A stretch of 64,000 nucleotides of DNA from an uncultured Nitrospiraceae bacterium (GCA_963730935.1 CAVSTP010000004.1:544001-608000); one strand, 5' to 3'; counted from the stretch's first letter, positions 49,416 to 61,031 are shown. Program-made: numbers and translations. The notes: generated by a model from the letters alone, not told the origin.

Positions 49416-51842
49416 ATGTTCGAACGATTCACGGACAAGGGTCGGAAGATCATCATCCTGGCGCGAGAGGAAGCCGAGCGTCATCAAAACGACTACCTCG
49501 GAACCGAGCACCTGGTCTTAGCTATCCTTCGCGAATCCGACGGCATCGCCTTGATGATTCTCAAGAAGATGGGTCTTTCGACTGAGCAGATTCGATTGGA
49601 AATCGAGCGCAACCTCCCTGGCGGCGGCACGACAATGACATTCGGAGAGATCCCTTTCAGCCCCCGGGTCAAAAAGGTGATCGAATATGGGGTCGAGGAA
49701 GCGCGGTTGCTCGGTCACAATCATATCGGGAGCGAACATCTTCTATTGGGCCTGTTGCGTGAAGAAGAAGGCATCGGTGGCAAGATCCTTCGGAGCCTCG
49801 GTGCCAACCTTTTGACGGCACGCCAACTGACCGTCACCTTCCTTCGGAAGTCTGCGCCTCGTGAACGCGATCGCAAGAGCAACACTCCCGCACTCGATGA
49901 GTTCGGACGCGACCTGACCCAGATGGCCCAGGAAGGTCAGCTTGACCCCGTCATTGGCCGGGCCGACGAAATCGAACGCGTACTACAAATTCTCAGCCGC
50001 CGGACGAAAAACAATCCCGTGCTGATCGGCGAATCGGGCGTCGGCAAGACCGCCATCGTCGAAGGACTGGCGCAACGCATTGTCCAGTCTGAAGTCCCCG
50101 ACAATCTCCTCTCCCGTCGGGTCATTGCCCTGGACCTCGGCTCGCTGGTCGCCGGCACGAAATACCGTGGCCAATTCGAGGAACGCCTGAAAGTAGTCAT
50201 GAAAGAAATCGTGCAGGCCGGCAACATCATCATCTTCATTGACGAGTTGCACACGTTAGTGGGAGCCGGAGCTGCGGAAGGCTCGATCGATGCGTCGAAC
50301 ATGCTCAAGCCCGCGCTGTCGCGTGGCGAGATCCAGTGCATCGGTGCGACCACGCTCGATGAATACCGCAAACATATCGAAAAGGATGGTGCGTTAAAGC
50401 GCCGCTTCCAACCGATCTATGTACAGCCGCCGAGTCTCGACGAGACCGTCCGCATCATCCAAGGTCTGCGCGACCGGTATGAGGAGCACCACGGCGTGGA
50501 GATCACAGAGGACGCGATCCTCGAGGCAGTCAAGCTGTCCGACCGCTACATCACCGATCGGTTCCTCCCTGACAAGGCCATCGACTTGATTGATGAGACC
50601 GGCTCCCGCGCGAAGCTCCAGACCTATGCGCTGCCCGGTGAACTCAAGGCGATGGAACAGGAACTCAAGAAAGTCTCGCGCGACAAGGAATTGGCGATTT
50701 CGATGCAGAACTTCGAGGAGGCCGTACGGCACCGCGAAGAGGAGGAACGTCTCCGGAAGCTGCTCGATGAATCCAAGCGCGAATGGAAAAAGAATCAGGA
50801 GAAACAGAAGCCGACGATCGGCAAAGAAGACGTCGCCTACGTCGTGTCGAAGATGACGGGCATTCCGCTCTTCAAGCTTGAAGAGGAAGAGTCGAACAAG
50901 CTCCTGCGCATGGAAGAATTCCTGCATAAACGCGTCGTGGGCCAGAATGAGGCGATTTCGGCCGTCTGCCGCGCCATCAGACGTTCTCGTGCCGGCTTGA
51001 AAGAAGCCAAAAAGCCGATCGGCTCGTTTATTTTCCTTGGACCCACGGGCGTCGGCAAGACGGAGTTGGCCAGAACGTTGGCCGAATTCCTCTTCAACAC
51101 CGAAGACGCGTTGATCCGCATCGACATGTCCGAGTACCAGGAAAAGTTTACAAGCTCACGGCTGTTCGGAGCGCCTCCTGGCTATGTGGGCTACGAAGAA
51201 GGCGGGCAGCTCACCGAGCGCGTACGCCGTCGGCCCTATTCGGTGGTGCTGTTCGATGAGATCGAGAAAGCGCATCCCGATGTCTTCAATCTCCTGCTAC
51301 AAGTATTGGACGACGGCGTGCTGACGGACAGTCTCGGTCGGAAGGTTGATTTCAAGAACACTGTCGTCATCATGACGTCGAATATCGGCACCAAGATGAT
51401 CCAAAAAGGGGTCAGCCTGGGATTCCAGAGCACAGACGCCGAGCAGGATCGTCATAAGAAGGAAGAAGTGTTGGGAGAGTTGCGCCGGCAATTCAGCCCC
51501 GAGTTTTTGAACCGGGTCGACGAAATCGTCGTGTTCCACCAGCTCGACAAGACGCACCTCACGAGCATTCTCGATATCTTGCTGCGGGAGCTCAATCTGC
51601 GGCTCGTCGATAAGGGTGTGGAAATCGAGGTCGACGATGAGGTCAAGGCCTGGCTGATCAAGGAAGGCTACGAGCCGCTCTACGGAGCGAGGCCGATGCG
51701 CAGGACGATTCAACGCGCCATCGGTGATCCGCTCTCCGAAGAGATGATCAGGGGTCGCTTCAAAGAGAGCCGCAAGATCCGAGTTGTGCTCCGCGATGGC
51801 GCACCCACGTTTATCGAGCAGGAGGCCATGGCAGGGGTCTAG
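49416..51842 (+). CDS. clpC: ATP-dependent Clp protease ATPase ClpC
   Basis: MFERFT, two Clp-N repeats, two Walker A motifs ([16 protein letters not shown]), UVR segment. Confidence 0.95.
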   Translation: MFERFTDKGRKIIILAREEAERHQNDYLGTEHLVLAILRESDGIALMILKKMGLSTEQIRLEIERNLPGGGTTMTFGEIPFSPRVKKVIEYGVEEARLLGHNHIGSEHLLLGLLREEEGIGGKILRSLGANLLTARQLTVTFLRKSAPRERDRKSNTPALDEFGRDLTQMAQEGQLDPVIGRADEIERVLQILSRRTKNNPVLIGESGVGKTAIVEGLAQRIVQSEVPDNLLSRRVIALDLGSLVAGTKYRGQFEERLKVVMKEIVQAGNIIIFIDELHTLVGAGAAEGSIDASNMLKPALSRGEIQCIGATTLDEYRKHIEKDGALKRRFQPIYVQPPSLDETVRIIQGLRDRYEEHHGVEITEDAILEAVKLSDRYITDRFLPDKAIDLIDETGSRAKLQTYALPGELKAMEQELKKVSRDKELAISMQNFEEAVRHREEEERLRKLLDESKREWKKNQEKQKPTIGKEDVAYVVSKMTGIPLFKLEEEESNKLLRMEEFLHKRVVGQNEAISAVCRAIRRSRAGLKEAKKPIGSFIFLGPTGVGKTELARTLAEFLFNTEDALIRIDMSEYQEKFTSSRLFGAPPGYVGYEEGGQLTERVRRRPYSVVLFDEIEKAHPDVFNLLLQVLDDGVLTDSLGRKVDFKNTVVIMTSNIGTKMIQKGVSLGFQSTDAEQDRHKKEEVLGELRRQFSPEFLNRVDEIVVFHQLDKTHLTSILDILLRELNLRLVDKGVEIEVDDEVKAWLIKEGYEPLYGARPMRRTIQRAIGDPLSEEMIRGRFKESRKIRVVLRDGAPTFIEQEAMAGV

Positions 51843-51943
51843 CAGACCGCCGTGCGAGCGCGACACACATTGTTCGACGAATCATCATGCGACCCTTGTC
51901 TCAGTTCCGGCAAGGGTCGCATTGTTTTTTCTTCTGGAATCGG

Positions 51944-53005
51944 ATGAACGCCCAATCCCCACGCACCCTACCACAGGGCCCCGTTCTGGGTATTGAAACC
52001 TCCTGTGATGAGACCGCGGCCGCCGTCCTGGGGGCGGATGGGTCGGTTCTGGCCAACGTCGTTGCCTCCCAGCATGCCGTCCATGAGCGCTTCGGCGGCG
52101 TCGTCCCTGAGCTGGCTTCTCGTGCTCATATCGAGATGATTGAGCGGGTCGTCCTTGCCGCGCTCGGAGAAGCGCGCGTGTCCTGGGACTCTCTCGCCGG
52201 GATCGCGGTCACACAAGGGCCTGGCTTGGCCGGTGCACTCATTGTCGGCATTAATTATGCCAAGTCGTTGGCCTATATACTCGGTCTTCCTCTCGTGGGC
52301 GTGAGCCATTTGGAAGCACACATCGCTTCCGCCTGGCTGGAAGATCCAAAGTCTCAGCTGCCGTCCATCGTACTCGTGGTTTCGGGCGGACATACGCACT
52401 TGTATCGAAGGGACAACGAGGGAATCAGTCACCTGCTGGGCTGCACGAGAGACGATGCGGCTGGTGAAGCCTTCGATAAAGGTGCGCAGATGCTAGGTCT
52501 CGGATTTCCGGGGGGACCGGCACTCGATCGGCTTGCACAGACAGGCGACCCGTACGCCATTTCTTTTCCAAGATCATCACTCAAGAAAACCAGTTTGGAA
52601 TTCAGTTTTAGCGGGTTGAAAACGGCGTTGCTCTACAAATTGCAGGCGATGGGCAAAATGGAAGCGGCCCGCTGTCAAGCTGATTTGGCCGCGGGCTACC
52701 AGGAGGCGATCGTCACAGTCTTAGTCGACAAAGCCCTCATCGCCATGCAGCAGACGGGAATTCGTTCACTGGCAGTCGTCGGAGGGGTATCGGCGAACTC
52801 GCGACTCCGGGCGCTGCTGCACGAGCGCGCACAGGCGTCACAGTTTCGTCTGAGTATTCCTCCGCTCCACTTCTGCACGGACAACGCAGCCATGGTGGCA
52901 GCCGCCGGTCGCCAAGCCCTTGCCGCTGGACACCGGATGGCGTTCGACGCCGAACCCTTATCCACCCTGGAACCTGCGCTCACGGCGATTGTCGAGCCAG
53001 CTTGA
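51944..53005 (+). CDS. tsaD: tRNA threonylcarbamoyltransferase TsaD
   Basis: GIETSCDET, GGVVPELASRAH, HLEAH, VSGGHT, CTDNAAM. Confidence 0.95.
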   Translation: MNAQSPRTLPQGPVLGIETSCDETAAAVLGADGSVLANVVASQHAVHERFGGVVPELASRAHIEMIERVVLAALGEARVSWDSLAGIAVTQGPGLAGALIVGINYAKSLAYILGLPLVGVSHLEAHIASAWLEDPKSQLPSIVLVVSGGHTHLYRRDNEGISHLLGCTRDDAAGEAFDKGAQMLGLGFPGGPALDRLAQTGDPYAISFPRSSLKKTSLEFSFSGLKTALLYKLQAMGKMEAARCQADLAAGYQEAIVTVLVDKALIAMQQTGIRSLAVVGGVSANSRLRALLHERAQASQFRLSIPPLHFCTDNAAMVAAAGRQALAAGHRMAFDAEPLSTLEPALTAIVEPA

Positions 53006-53023
53006 AATCTATGGAGGTCGCCC

Positions 53024-54703
53024 ATTCCTGAACTCTATGGTCAAACCAGCGGGTTACGCGCCGGTCAAGTGGCTGCGGTCGAGCGCCTCTACCGACGCCG
53101 CGTCCCTCAAGACAAAATGCTGTCTCTTGAGCTGGCCAAAGCCATGTGTCAGCTCTCGTTGGAGATCCGTCGCCCGCTGGCGGTGTTGTTGACCAGACGA
53201 GGCCAAGTCCAAGAGATTATCATCGGCACCGATCTCACACTTTCACCGACCACACTGTCCAAATTCCGCGCCGGCTCCCGGTCATTGCGTGGGCTCAGGC
53301 TGATTCGCACCCAGCTCCATGATCAGCCGCTCAGCCAGGAGTCCTTGACCGACTTGGCCTACCTCCGTCTTGATTTGTTCGGCGTCGTGTCGGTCACGCC
53401 CACGGGCAATCCCGGGATGTTGTATGTAGCTCATCTGCTGCCGCCCAACGGCACCGGCCAACTCTGCAATGTGCTCAAGGGCACCCCGTTCCAGCAACAA
53501 ACGCTGGCATTCGACCGGTTCATCGAAGAGCTTGAGACGGATATGCAACGCGCTCGCGGCACCCATGCCATTGGGCATGATGCGGAGTCGGCCATGCTAG
53601 TGAGCGCTTCCTCCCGAAGCCGGATCGAACAGGAGGAGCGCCTCGTCGAACTGACCGAATTGGCCTCTTCCGCCGGAGTCACGGTCATCGATCGGATGGC
53701 CCAGCGCACGCCCGATGGTCATCAACGCTATTTGTTAGGCAGCGGAAAGCTGAAGGATGTCCTGATTCAGACCCTGCACAAGGGCGCGGACATGGTGATC
53801 TTCGATCAGACGCTCACTCCCGCCCAATCACGCGCGATTTCGGAGATGACAGACATCAAAGTGATCGATCGGACGCAGTTGATTCTGGATATTTTCGCGC
53901 GCCGGGCGCACAGCCGAGAAGGAAAAGTGCAGGTCGAGCTCGCACAGCTCCGCTATCTGTTGCCGAGGTTGTCTGGAAAAGGCACCGAGTTGTCGCGCCT
54001 GGGCGGCGGCATCGGATCCAGAGGCCCCGGCGAAACCAAACTGGAAACGGATCGGCGCCGGATTCGAGATCGTATTACCCATTTGGAGCGTGAACTCCAG
54101 CACTTCGCGCGCCAGCAGGACCAGCGCCGTGCCCGTCGGACTCGGCACCGGCTGCCCGTCCTTTCTTTGGTCGGCTACACCAATGCAGGGAAATCAACCC
54201 TGCTCAACGTGCTGACGAAAAGCCATGTCTCCACCCAGGACCGCCTGTTTGAAACCCTGGATACGACCAGCCGCAGACTCAGATTTCCCAGGGACCGCGA
54301 AGTCATTGTGACTGATACGGTCGGATTTATCCGTGATCTCCCTCAAGAGCTGGTCGGCGCGTTCCGGACGACACTGGAGGAACTGCGCGAGGCGGATTTG
54401 CTGGTCCATGTGGTCGATGCCACCGCCGTGGACGTCGACATCCAGATCTCGGCCGTGGTGAAGATTCTTCAGGACTTGAATCTTGCCACCTTGCCCCGGA
54501 CGCTGGTTTTCAACAAATGTGATCGCCTCCCGCGCCACGAAGCGGAGCTGTTATGTCGTCGGTATCAGGCCATCGGCGTCTCCGCTCTGCAAACGGACAC
54601 GCTGCAGCCGTTACTCGATCATCTCGAACGGGAACTCGCGCTCGCCGTTCCGTCTGAGCACGGGGCTCCTGACGCCGTCGTCGCGCTTGCTTCTCGTTCC
54701 TGA
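53024..54703 (+). CDS. hflX: GTPase HflX, long N-terminal form; probable ATT start
   Basis: ILDIFA.RA...EGK.QVELAQL, GPGETKLE.DRR, GYTNAGKS, DTVGF, NKCD; GGAGG 6 nt before an in-frame ATT at 53024. Confidence 0.92.
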   Translation: MPELYGQTSGLRAGQVAAVERLYRRRVPQDKMLSLELAKAMCQLSLEIRRPLAVLLTRRGQVQEIIIGTDLTLSPTTLSKFRAGSRSLRGLRLIRTQLHDQPLSQESLTDLAYLRLDLFGVVSVTPTGNPGMLYVAHLLPPNGTGQLCNVLKGTPFQQQTLAFDRFIEELETDMQRARGTHAIGHDAESAMLVSASSRSRIEQEERLVELTELASSAGVTVIDRMAQRTPDGHQRYLLGSGKLKDVLIQTLHKGADMVIFDQTLTPAQSRAISEMTDIKVIDRTQLILDIFARRAHSREGKVQVELAQLRYLLPRLSGKGTELSRLGGGIGSRGPGETKLETDRRRIRDRITHLERELQHFARQQDQRRARRTRHRLPVLSLVGYTNAGKSTLLNVLTKSHVSTQDRLFETLDTTSRRLRFPRDREVIVTDTVGFIRDLPQELVGAFRTTLEELREADLLVHVVDATAVDVDIQISAVVKILQDLNLATLPRTLVFNKCDRLPRHEAELLCRRYQAIGVSALQTDTLQPLLDHLERELALAVPSEHGAPDAVVALASRS

Positions 54704-54729
54704 TCTCTTCACAATCTAGCCGCCCGGCC

Positions 54730-55392
54730 ATGCCACGCACGCCAAGACCACCGGCCGACCTTCGGAAGCGGGCACAATCGGTTGCCCGAACGCTTCAGAC
54801 CGCAATGCCGGAAGCCAAGGTCGAGTTGTCGCACCGGTCACCCTGGGAGCTCCTTGTGGCCACGATTCTGTCGGCGCAGTGCACGGATCAGCGGGTGAAT
54901 CAAGTCACTCCCGTGCTGTTCGAGCGCTACAAGACCCCCTCGGATTTGGCCAAGGCACGATTGCCGGAGCTCGAACAGATCATCCGTTCGACCGGCTTCT
55001 TCAAGACCAAAGCCAAGAACCTCGTGGCCTGCGCCCACGCGATCACTACACAATTCGGCGAACGTGTCCCCGACCGCATGGAGGATTTAGTGACCCTGCC
55101 AGGAGTGGGGCGGAAGACGGCCAACGTGCTGCTCGGCCAAGCCTTCGGCCAACCGGCGATCGTGGTCGATACCCATGTAAAGCGCGTATCCAATCGCTTG
55201 AGACTGACCACCTCCGACGATCCCGAACAGATCGAACAGGACCTCCAACGATTGCTGCCAGCCTCGCAGTGGACCGGTGTATCAGAACGCTTGCTGCTGC
55301 ACGGAAGATATATCTGCGTCGCCCGCAAGCCTTTGTGCGGCCGCTGTCCGATCTATGACGATTGTGACGCCAAGGAGAAGACTCCTCGATGA
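54730..55392 (+). CDS. nth: Endonuclease III
   Basis: ILSAQCTD, LPGVGRKTANV, VDTH, C-x6-C-x2-C-x5-C. Confidence 0.95.
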   Translation: MPRTPRPPADLRKRAQSVARTLQTAMPEAKVELSHRSPWELLVATILSAQCTDQRVNQVTPVLFERYKTPSDLAKARLPELEQIIRSTGFFKTKAKNLVACAHAITTQFGERVPDRMEDLVTLPGVGRKTANVLLGQAFGQPAIVVDTHVKRVSNRLRLTTSDDPEQIEQDLQRLLPASQWTGVSERLLLHGRYICVARKPLCGRCPIYDDCDAKEKTPR

Positions 55393-56267
55393 TCCGCAGC
55401 ATGACGGGTTTCGGACAAAAACATGCGCCCTGGCAGGACGGTGCGGTGACGGTCGAGGTTCGGTCCGTCAATCATCGGTTTCTCGAGGTCGCATGCAGGC
55501 TTCCTCGTCCTTTGCACGCGCTGGAAGAGCCCTTCAAGAAAGCGGTTCAGCAACGCTGCTCGCGAGGCCGCATTGACGTGACCGTCTCGGTTCAGGGAGG
55601 GAAGGGACGGGGAGGGCTCATCAAGCTTGACCAGGCGATGGCAAAACAGTACCATCAGGCCCTCCGTCGATTGAAAACCTCGCTCAAACTGCCTGGGTCT
55701 ATCGATGTCGCCCTCGTCGCCGGGCTCAGGGATGTGCTGACGGTGTCCGATCAGCCGCCGGAAGACCCCCAACTGGCCAAGCTCGTGCATCAACTCGCCG
55801 AAGAAGCGCTGGATCAGATGCACGCCATGCGGCAACGGGAGGGGACGGCTCTGGCCAAGGATATGCACGGACGCATTCAGACGCTGAAAGACCACCGCTT
55901 GGCTGTCTCCGGTCGTGCTCCCGTCCTTCTACAAGAGGGATTCGAGCGGATGAAGCAGCGTATCGAAAAACTGTTGGGCGGAGAGGCTCCGGATGTTCCA
56001 AGGCTGCATCAAGAACTGGCCATGTATGCCGACCGTGGCGACATTACGGAAGAAATAGTCAGATTGGACTCCCATATGTTACAGTTTGAGGAACACCTTA
56101 AGCGCGCGGAATCTGTGGGCAAAACCCTTGAATTCCTGCTTCAAGAAATGGGGCGCGAAGTGAATACCATCGGCTCAAAGGCAAACGACGCCGTCATTGC
56201 AGGTCATGTCGTGCAGATGAAAGCCGAATTGGAGCGCGTCAGAGAACAGGTTCAGAACGTCGAATGA
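55389..56267 (+). CDS. yicC: YicC/YloC-family endoribonuclease
   Basis: MIRSMTGFG, SVNHRFLE, QEMGREVNTIGSK, REQVQNVE. Confidence 0.93.
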   Translation: MIRSMTGFGQKHAPWQDGAVTVEVRSVNHRFLEVACRLPRPLHALEEPFKKAVQQRCSRGRIDVTVSVQGGKGRGGLIKLDQAMAKQYHQALRRLKTSLKLPGSIDVALVAGLRDVLTVSDQPPEDPQLAKLVHQLAEEALDQMHAMRQREGTALAKDMHGRIQTLKDHRLAVSGRAPVLLQEGFERMKQRIEKLLGGEAPDVPRLHQELAMYADRGDITEEIVRLDSHMLQFEEHLKRAESVGKTLEFLLQEMGREVNTIGSKANDAVIAGHVVQMKAELERVREQVQNVE

Positions 56268-56968
56268 GCATCGCCGCCAACGCAATGCCTCTCCCTTCCG
56301 GACCGGTGCGGTCGTCGACCGAACGGCGCGGAATTTTGTTCATCATTTCTGCGCCGTCCGGCACCGGCAAAACGACGTTGTGTAAACAGCTTGCCGCCAA
56401 CATTCCTGGCTTGTGGCATTCCATTTCGTACACCACGAGGAAGCCGAGGCCCGGCGAAGAGAACGGCCGGGAATACTTTTTTACGGACGAGGCGACGTTC
56501 CAGGCGATGATCGACCGCCATGAATTCGTCGAATGGGCGCGGGTTTACGGACATTTATATGGCACGCCGAGAAAGACGCTGACAGACAAAATCGATCAGG
56601 GCATCGACGTCCTCCTCGAAATCGACGTGCAGGGCGCGTTGCAGGTCAAGAAAAAATTTGACGACGCGGTCTCGGTCTTCATCCTTCCACCCTCGATGAC
56701 CGTCCTGCGCCAGCGTCTGCTGGCCCGTGCGTCCGATTCCTCCGACGAAATTCAACGGCGGCTGCAAAAGGTGAAAGAAGAGGTATGGAGCTACCGAGAG
56801 TACGCGTACATCGTGAAAAACGACGATCTCACCCGCTCACTACGCGATCTGGAGAACATTTTTCTCGGTGAGCGGTTGAAAACGAAACGCTTGAACATGG
56901 CCTGGATCGAGAATAACTTTATCCTCGACGACGAAACCAAACCTGGAGATCGAAAAGATCTCCCCTAA
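56264..56968 (+). CDS. gmk: Guanylate kinase
   Basis: SAPSGTGKTT, SYTTR.PRPGE, YGT, EIDVQGA. Confidence 0.95.
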   Translation: MSIAANAMPLPSGPVRSSTERRGILFIISAPSGTGKTTLCKQLAANIPGLWHSISYTTRKPRPGEENGREYFFTDEATFQAMIDRHEFVEWARVYGHLYGTPRKTLTDKIDQGIDVLLEIDVQGALQVKKKFDDAVSVFILPPSMTVLRQRLLARASDSSDEIQRRLQKVKEEVWSYREYAYIVKNDDLTRSLRDLENIFLGERLKTKRLNMAWIENNFILDDETKPGDRKDLP

Positions 56969-56989
56969 CCATAAGGGAGTACGGAATCC

Positions 56990-57349
56990 ATGATCGATAT
57001 GCTCAGTCTTCTGCCGCAATATACCTCGGATGAGTTCGATTCCCGCCACCGTTTGGTCATCGTGGCCGCCCAACGGGCGAAGCACATCGTGCAGGGGTCG
57101 CGGCCCTTCGGCCCTTCGCGCTACACCAAGGAAACGACGATTGCGCTCGATGAAGTGCTGAGGGGCGAAGCCAAATACCTGATCGGCAAAGATGCAAGGG
57201 ACGCCATGAAGGAAGCGAAGCGGGGCAAGGAAGGCGAGACTGAGCGTATGGCCATGATGACAGGCGAAGACGCCCGGGAAATCAAGAAGGAACTCAGCGT
57301 GTATGTGGACGACAGCCCCAAGCCCCCGGCGGCCGAATCCGAAGAGTAA
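56990..57349 (+). CDS. rpoZ: RNA polymerase omega subunit
   Basis: SRHRLVIVAAQRAK...K.TTIALDE; gmk-rpoZ-coaBC synteny. Confidence 0.88.
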   Translation: MIDMLSLLPQYTSDEFDSRHRLVIVAAQRAKHIVQGSRPFGPSRYTKETTIALDEVLRGEAKYLIGKDARDAMKEAKRGKEGETERMAMMTGEDAREIKKELSVYVDDSPKPPAAESEE

Positions 57350-57352
57350 GGT

Positions 57353-58582
57353 ATGACCGAGGACTCGAGACGTCCGACGCTTGAAGGAGCACGCCTGGTG
57401 CTCGGCGTCACCGGCAGCATCGCCGCCTATAAGGCCGTCAGCTTGCTGCGGGTCTTGGTCCGCGAAGGTGCGACGGTCGATGTGGCCATGACCCGTGCGG
57501 CCACCAAGTTCATCACTCCCTTGACGTTCGAGGTACTCTCGGCCCGGCCGGTCGTGACCGGCCTCTTTGAGGCACGCCAGGAAATGAAACACCTCTCGCT
57601 CCCGGAAGAAGCCGATGCGATTCTCGTGGCACCGGCCACCGCCAATTTTCTGGCGAAAGCGGCCCTGGGCATCGCCGATGATCTTCTCTCGACGATGTTG
57701 TTGACGGCGCGCTGTCCGCTCATTTGCGCTCCGGCGATGGACGGCGGCATGTGGTCTCATCCGACTGTGAAGGGCCATGTGCAGACGCTGCGCGCGAGGG
57801 GAGTCTTCGTCATCGATCCGGATGAAGGAGCGCTGGCATCGGGGCGTTTGGGGCAAGGTCGGTTCGCCGAAGAAGAGCGTATTCTGGCGGGTGTCCGCTC
57901 TGCCCTGACGCCCAGACGGGACTGGGAAGGGCAACGCCTGCTGCTCTCCGCGGGGCCAACCCAGGAACCGATCGATCCCGTCCGCTATATTTCCAACCGT
58001 TCGTCAGGAAAGATGGGGTATGCCATCGCCGAAGCGGCCTCCAAGCGCGGAGCGCAGGTGGTGCTGGTCAGCGGTCCGACGTCCCTTTCTCCACCGCGGG
58101 GAGTGGAAGTGGTCCCCGTGGAAACCGCCGAGGAGATGGCCAAGCACATGAGCACTCGATTGAGTTGGTCGACCGTCGTCGTCATGGCCGCCGCTGTGGC
58201 CGATTTTCGACCGAAGCACGCGGCCGAACTGAAATTGAAAAAGCGCGGCAAGCCGACAACCACCCTTGATCTCGAGCAGACCACCGACATCTTGGCCGCG
58301 TTGTCCGCCCGGCGCACCACGCAGGTGCTGGTCGGCTTTGCTGCGGAAACCCATGACCTCCTGACACATGCCAAGGCCAAGTTGAGCTCCAAGGGTCTCG
58401 ATGTGATCGTCGCCAACGACGTGACCCGCCCAGGAGCGGGATTCGGCAGCGATCAGAATGCCGCGACCTTGATCGAGCGGGACGGCCGAATCACCGACCT
58501 GCCCCTCAAGTCCAAGCGAGAGTTGGCGGATGACATTCTGAACGCCGCCCAGCGGTGGCTTCCCCCCTTAAAGAGACGATAG
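57353..58582 (+). CDS. coaBC: Bifunctional CoaBC
   Basis: GVTGSIAAYK, APATAN, DPVRYISNRSSGKMG, AAVADF, VGFAAET. Confidence 0.95.
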   Translation: MTEDSRRPTLEGARLVLGVTGSIAAYKAVSLLRVLVREGATVDVAMTRAATKFITPLTFEVLSARPVVTGLFEARQEMKHLSLPEEADAILVAPATANFLAKAALGIADDLLSTMLLTARCPLICAPAMDGGMWSHPTVKGHVQTLRARGVFVIDPDEGALASGRLGQGRFAEEERILAGVRSALTPRRDWEGQRLLLSAGPTQEPIDPVRYISNRSSGKMGYAIAEAASKRGAQVVLVSGPTSLSPPRGVEVVPVETAEEMAKHMSTRLSWSTVVVMAAAVADFRPKHAAELKLKKRGKPTTTLDLEQTTDILAALSARRTTQVLVGFAAETHDLLTHAKAKLSSKGLDVIVANDVTRPGAGFGSDQNAATLIERDGRITDLPLKSKRELADDILNAAQRWLPPLKRR

Positions 58583-58585
58583 ACG

Positions 58586-59269
58586 ATGGCACCTCAAAAA
58601 CATGCTGCAAACGCGATGGAGATCGACCGGCTCGCCACCCAGCTTGCCAAAGATCCCCATTCCAAAGCCTTCCTCCCGTTAGCCGAGGAGTATTGCAAGG
58701 CCGGCATGTGGGAGGAGGCGGTCAGTGTGTTGGAAGCCGGCTTGAAGCAGTATCCAGGGTTTATCACCGCAATGGTCGTCCTAGGCCGGGCCTACGATCA
58801 GCTGAACCAAGCGACCAAGGCTAGGGCAGTCCTTGAGGGAGCGATCAAGCTGAGCCCGGAAAACCTCCGCGCCCATCGGACGTTGATGAGAATTTATGCC
58901 GCTCAAGGTCTGAAGCAAGAAGCGATGAAGTCCTGTCGTGTGATCCTCTCCATGAACCCCAAGGACGAGGAAGCGCTGTCCGTGCAAGCCTCGTTAGGGG
59001 TACAAGAACCTGACTCAGCTAGAGAAGTCCTCTCGCCTCGCAAGTCTTCAGCTGTTGGCCAAGAACTGCAGCCAGCACAGGCCGTCACAAACCATCCCGA
59101 CGCAGCCGACAACTCTTTACGCGCACGGATGACTGGTGATCTTCAACTGGAATCGGCAGCCGTGGAACGCGCTACCGGTCATGCCGCAACGATTGCACAG
59201 CTCGAGTCCTGGCTGTGCTCCCTCGAACGACAACGACGCGATCGGCCGACATCAGGCTCGAACCCATAA
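58586..59269 (+). CDS. TPR protein with a low-complexity C-terminal linker
   Basis: F..LAEEY...G..EEA...L..GL...P repeats. Confidence 0.75.
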   Translation: MAPQKHAANAMEIDRLATQLAKDPHSKAFLPLAEEYCKAGMWEEAVSVLEAGLKQYPGFITAMVVLGRAYDQLNQATKARAVLEGAIKLSPENLRAHRTLMRIYAAQGLKQEAMKSCRVILSMNPKDEEALSVQASLGVQEPDSAREVLSPRKSSAVGQELQPAQAVTNHPDAADNSLRARMTGDLQLESAAVERATGHAATIAQLESWLCSLERQRRDRPTSGSNP

Positions 59270-59290
59270 ATTTCCAATATATTCGATAGT

Positions 59291-59319
59291 TTGACCGCTC
59301 ATTGCCAGCCTGTTACAAT
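59291..59319 (+). promoter_or_regulatory. Sigma70 promoter for aroQ-efp-accB-accC
   Basis: TTGACC-N17-TACAAT with an extended -10 TG. Confidence 0.65.
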
Positions 59320-59375
59320 GCCGCTCTCCTGAATTGCCGGCAAGAACACCGCCAGCTATAGACATCGGTTGAAGC

Positions 59376-59870
59376 ATGTTCCGGATACTCGTGTTACATG
59401 GACCCAACTTGAACCTGCTCGGCACCAGGGAGCAGTCCATCTATGGCAGCCAGTCCTTGGACAGCATTGACTCTGCCGTGATCAAACTCGCCCAGGATCT
59501 GGCTGTGGAAGTTGACATTCGACAGTCCAATAGCGAAGGGGAACTCGTCAACTGGATCCAAGAGAGTGGAACCGGCTATCAAGGACTCATCATCAACCCG
59601 GCCGCCTACACCCATACCAGCATCGCGATTCGGGACGCTATTGCGGCAGTGGGCTTACCCACCGTTGAAGTCCATCTGTCGAACATCCACCAGCGGGAAT
59701 CATTCCGCCATCATTCGCACGTGGCCGGAGTGGCCTTGGGGCAGATTTCCGGATTGGGGTCCACCGGCTACCTGCTTGCTCTGCGCGGCCTGCATGACCA
59801 TTTGTCAGCCCCCAAAAAGCTCAAAAAGCATTCGCCGGGGTCCCGGCGGCAGAAAAGTGCATCACGATAG
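59376..59870 (+). CDS. aroQ: Type II 3-dehydroquinate dehydratase
   Basis: [26 protein letters not shown]. Confidence 0.96.
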   Translation: MFRILVLHGPNLNLLGTREQSIYGSQSLDSIDSAVIKLAQDLAVEVDIRQSNSEGELVNWIQESGTGYQGLIINPAAYTHTSIAIRDAIAAVGLPTVEVHLSNIHQRESFRHHSHVAGVALGQISGLGSTGYLLALRGLHDHLSAPKKLKKHSPGSRRQKSASR

Positions 59871-59916
59871 CAGCGAACACATCATTCATTCCGATTCGCG
59901 GTGAAGGGAGCAACGA

Positions 59917-60477
59917 GTGATTTCCACCACTGACTTTCGAGGCGGCGTCCGTCTCATGGTCGACGGCGAGCCATTCTACATCGTCGAATTTCAACATGTG
60001 AAACCGGGTAAGGGAGGGGCATTCGTCAGGACGAAGCTCAAGAGCTATCTCTCGGGCAATGTGCTCGATCGCACGTTTCGGTCTGGAGAGCGGTTCGAGG
60101 AGCCGGATCTTGAAGAACGCGAAATGCAATTCCTCTATGCGACCGGTCACGACTATACGTTCATGGACACGGACACCTACGAACAGTTGACCTTTGAGAA
60201 AAAGCAGCTGGGCGAGAACGCGGACCTCCTCAAAGAAAACATGAACGTGAAAATCCTCGTCTACGAGCATCGTCCGATCGATGTTGAGCTGCCCATCTTC
60301 ATCGAGCTCAAGGTAGTCGACGCCGAGCCCGGCGTTCGCGGCGATACGGCGTCAGGCGGCACAAAGCCTGCTGTGGTCGAAACAGGGGCGACGATTAAGG
60401 TCCCGCTCTATCTGGAAGTTGGGACAGTCATCAAGATCGACACCCGTACGAGAGCCTATGTGGAGCGCGTTCGGTGA
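59917..60477 (+). CDS. efp: Elongation factor P
   Basis: [27 protein letters not shown]. Confidence 0.97.
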   Translation: MISTTDFRGGVRLMVDGEPFYIVEFQHVKPGKGGAFVRTKLKSYLSGNVLDRTFRSGERFEEPDLEEREMQFLYATGHDYTFMDTDTYEQLTFEKKQLGENADLLKENMNVKILVYEHRPIDVELPIFIELKVVDAEPGVRGDTASGGTKPAVVETGATIKVPLYLEVGTVIKIDTRTRAYVERVR

Positions 60478-61031
60478 GCCGGAAGAAGCCCCGCAAAGCG
60501 CGCATATCGGGAACCCCCATCGTGCTGCCAGGGTCTTTCGGCACCAAAGGCGCCCAGGATGCCGCAGCCCAAACGAAGCAGATTCAAGAACTGATCGATC
60601 TGTTGAAGCGCAACCACTTGACCGAACTCGAGATCGAACGGGCTGGCGTCCGCATCAGAGTACGGCATGAGATAGGGATCAAGACCGTGTCGGCCAGCGT
60701 CAGCGAGCCCGGGCATGCGTCTGCTCCTGCCGCGACTCAGCAAGCTGCTCCGGCCAGCGATTTGGTGGAAGACGCCGCGGGACACATTACGATTACCTCG
60801 CCGATTGTGGGCACCTTCTACCGGTCGCCTTCCCCCGATGCCGATCCCTATGTCGAAGAAGGCGACTACGTGAAAAAAGGACAGGTCTTGTGTATCGTGG
60901 AAGCCATGAAGTTGATGAACGAGATCGAGTCGGAGGTGGACGGGCGCATCACGAAGATTCTGTTGGAAAGCACCAAGCCCGTTGAATACGGTCAGGCGCT
61001 CTTCCTGATCGATCCGAAAGCCACCCCTTGA
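60474..61031 (+). CDS. accB: Acetyl-CoA carboxylase biotin carboxyl carrier protein
   Basis: [16 protein letters not shown]; start uncertain. Confidence 0.95.
   Translation: MSRKKPRKARISGTPIVLPGSFGTKGAQDAAAQTKQIQELIDLLKRNHLTELEIERAGVRIRVRHEIGIKTVSASVSEPGHASAPAATQQAAPASDLVEDAAGHITITSPIVGTFYRSPSPDADPYVEEGDYVKKGQVLCIVEAMKLMNEIESEVDGRITKILLESTKPVEYGQALFLIDPKATP

Noticed and set aside
53003..53005. TsaD-HflX readthrough fusion (same frame, single TGA)
   Set aside because: The same frame occurs by chance one time in three, and hflX has its own SD and a plausible start.
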